Virus record (IMG/VR): IMGVR_UViG_3300025738_000009
Coordinates: 1-37,799 of that record
DNA: 37,799 bases
Strand: one strand, 5' to 3'
From: a virus
Lineage: Duplodnaviria; Caudoviricetes
This document shows positions 36,693 to 37,799 of this stretch, one piece after another. Made by a program: the position numbers and the translations under genes. The number at the start of each line of letters is the position of its first letter. The stretch's first letter is position 1. The notes beneath the pieces were generated by a model that did not search any database, was not told where the DNA came from, and saw only the letters and a list, made by a program, of their open reading frames with translations.

Positions 36693-37360
36693 TATTTGAT
36701 CTCCGCACAAATTTCTTCGATTTCTTTAGATAGCATTTTTATTTCGTGGCGAGCCTTGTCGTGCTCATCCAGATTCATGATCGTTCCGCCTTTTTCGAAT
36801 GTGTCTTGGTAGGCGATTCGTTGTGATGTATGGCGATTCATTGTTGGTAGCCCATAACCTGTTTCTAGGTCGCTAGCAATGGTTCGAGATATTTTACTGC
36901 CAGTTAGTACCATTGTCGGCAAGAAGTAGCATAGCGGCTTTTGCTGATCCCGCATGTCGTGAATCTCATGGATATATTGAACTGTGGAATCAGTCGACCA
37001 TATATCGGCTTGAGTTGGCTTTAGCGGGATAATTACCAGGTCACTGGCTTTGATTGCAGCGATCGTTAGTTTGCTGGCTGTTGGTGATCCATCAATGATG
37101 ATGTAGTCGTTCGCCATTTTTGCAGCACCCAATTCTTTCTGGACGTTAACCCCCATGCTGCTCACACGAAAGTTAATATCTTCAGGAGAGGCATGCTCAC
37201 CACGCGTCTCAGCCCAGTCGATGGCCGTTCCTTGTGGATCTAGGTTAATTAGCTCAACTCGATGGCCTTGGCTTGCCAGCATGGCTGCTACGTTGATTGA
37301 GCAAGTGGTTTTACCGCACCCGCCTTTCTGATTTAGGAAAGCAATTACTTTGGCAGTCAT
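36692..37360 (-). CDS. parA: ParA/ParF-type Walker ATPase (type Ib, no N-terminal HTH)
   Basis: NQKGGCGKTT, LDPQG, YIIIDGSP; RBS AAGGAGG before MTAKVIAF. Confidence 0.92.
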   Translation of the reverse strand: MTAKVIAFLNQKGGCGKTTCSINVAAMLASQGHRVELINLDPQGTAIDWAETRGEHASPEDINFRVSSMGVNVQKELGAAKMANDYIIIDGSPTASKLTIAAIKASDLVIIPLKPTQADIWSTDSTVQYIHEIHDMRDQQKPLCYFLPTMVLTGSKISRTIASDLETGYGLPTMNRHTSQRIAYQDTFEKGGTIMNLDEHDKARHEIKMLSKEIEEICAEIK

Positions 37361-37405
37361 GTCGACCCCCTCCTTGTTTTTAAAGTTCGCCACTATAAAA
37401 CCATT

Positions 37406-37433
37406 AAATACGCGTAAACGCAAACGCGTATTT
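37406..37433. promoter_or_regulatory. inverted repeat / octamer array upstream of parA
   Basis: AAATACGCGT-8 nt-ACGCGTATTT; CG at 37411,19,27. Confidence 0.7.
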
Positions 37434-37673
37434 GATTATATTTATATCTATATTTCCGGTTGCCGCTTTGTTCTTTCGTAAGCTATTGAAATTATTGAAT
37501 AAAATCATATGACGGAATTCATGCGTTTTTATATTGCCTGATGATTGTTGGTGGATTACCTGAGCCTCTAGGTTGTAAATCCATTTTTATCATCGCTGCT
37601 CGGTGGTGGTGATAGTCGTTCGCGGATTACTGAATAAATATACATATAGTAGACCTAGTATAATAACAAACTA

Positions 37674-37799
37674 GGTCTAAATAGTACATATATAGCTAGG
37701 TCTAAAACATACATACAGCTTTTCGTCATAGTATACGTATACTATGACGAAAAGCTGTATGTATGTTTTAGACCTAGCTATATATGTACTATTTAGACC
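37674..37799. repeat. perfect 126-bp palindrome, telomere resolution site (telRL-like)
   Basis: Centre GTATAC|GTATAC between 37736 and 37737; 63-bp arms; lies between parA and telN on the circular map. Confidence 0.92.

Noticed and set aside
37628-37647. LexA (SOS) box near the telomere
   Set aside because: CTG-N10-CAT rather than CAG, in AT-rich sequence overlapping the telomere arm
1-37799. Integrase, tRNA, transposase or defence-system genes
   Set aside because: None recognisable; absence of an integrase fits a linear plasmid prophage

Overview
The window looks like the essentially complete (~37.8 kb) genome of a temperate 'telomere phage', a linear plasmid-prophage of the N15/PY54/phiKO2/VP882/HAP-1 type. 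It is opened at its telomere-resolution site: a perfect 126-bp palindrome closes the window and an outer arm of the inverted repeat reappears at positions 11-28. Gene order is protelomerase, a divergent XRE-regulator/small-ORF module, accessory ORFs, primase-helicase RepA, cI-like repressor, early operon (CII-like, Q-like, MazG, RdgC-FtsK-gamma fusion, SSB, dNMP kinase), late promoter, lysis genes, cos-like region, lambda-like terminase/portal, ClpP-capsid fusion, siphovirus tail with an SGNH-esterase spike, a lipoprotein, and a type Ib ParA/RHH partition pair. The most unusual signals are: (1) dispersed arrays of degenerate octamers with an exact 8-bp CG periodicity at promoters and gene junctions, possibly a distributed centromere/operator system; (2) a cI repressor whose catalytic Lys is replaced by Ala, paired with a TF/small-ORF cassette that includes an unannotated 54-aa Gly-repeat peptide, suggesting induction without repressor autocleavage; (3) a promoter-terminator-defined antisense RNA in the repA leader. 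All product calls come from motif recognition by eye; no database search was run.
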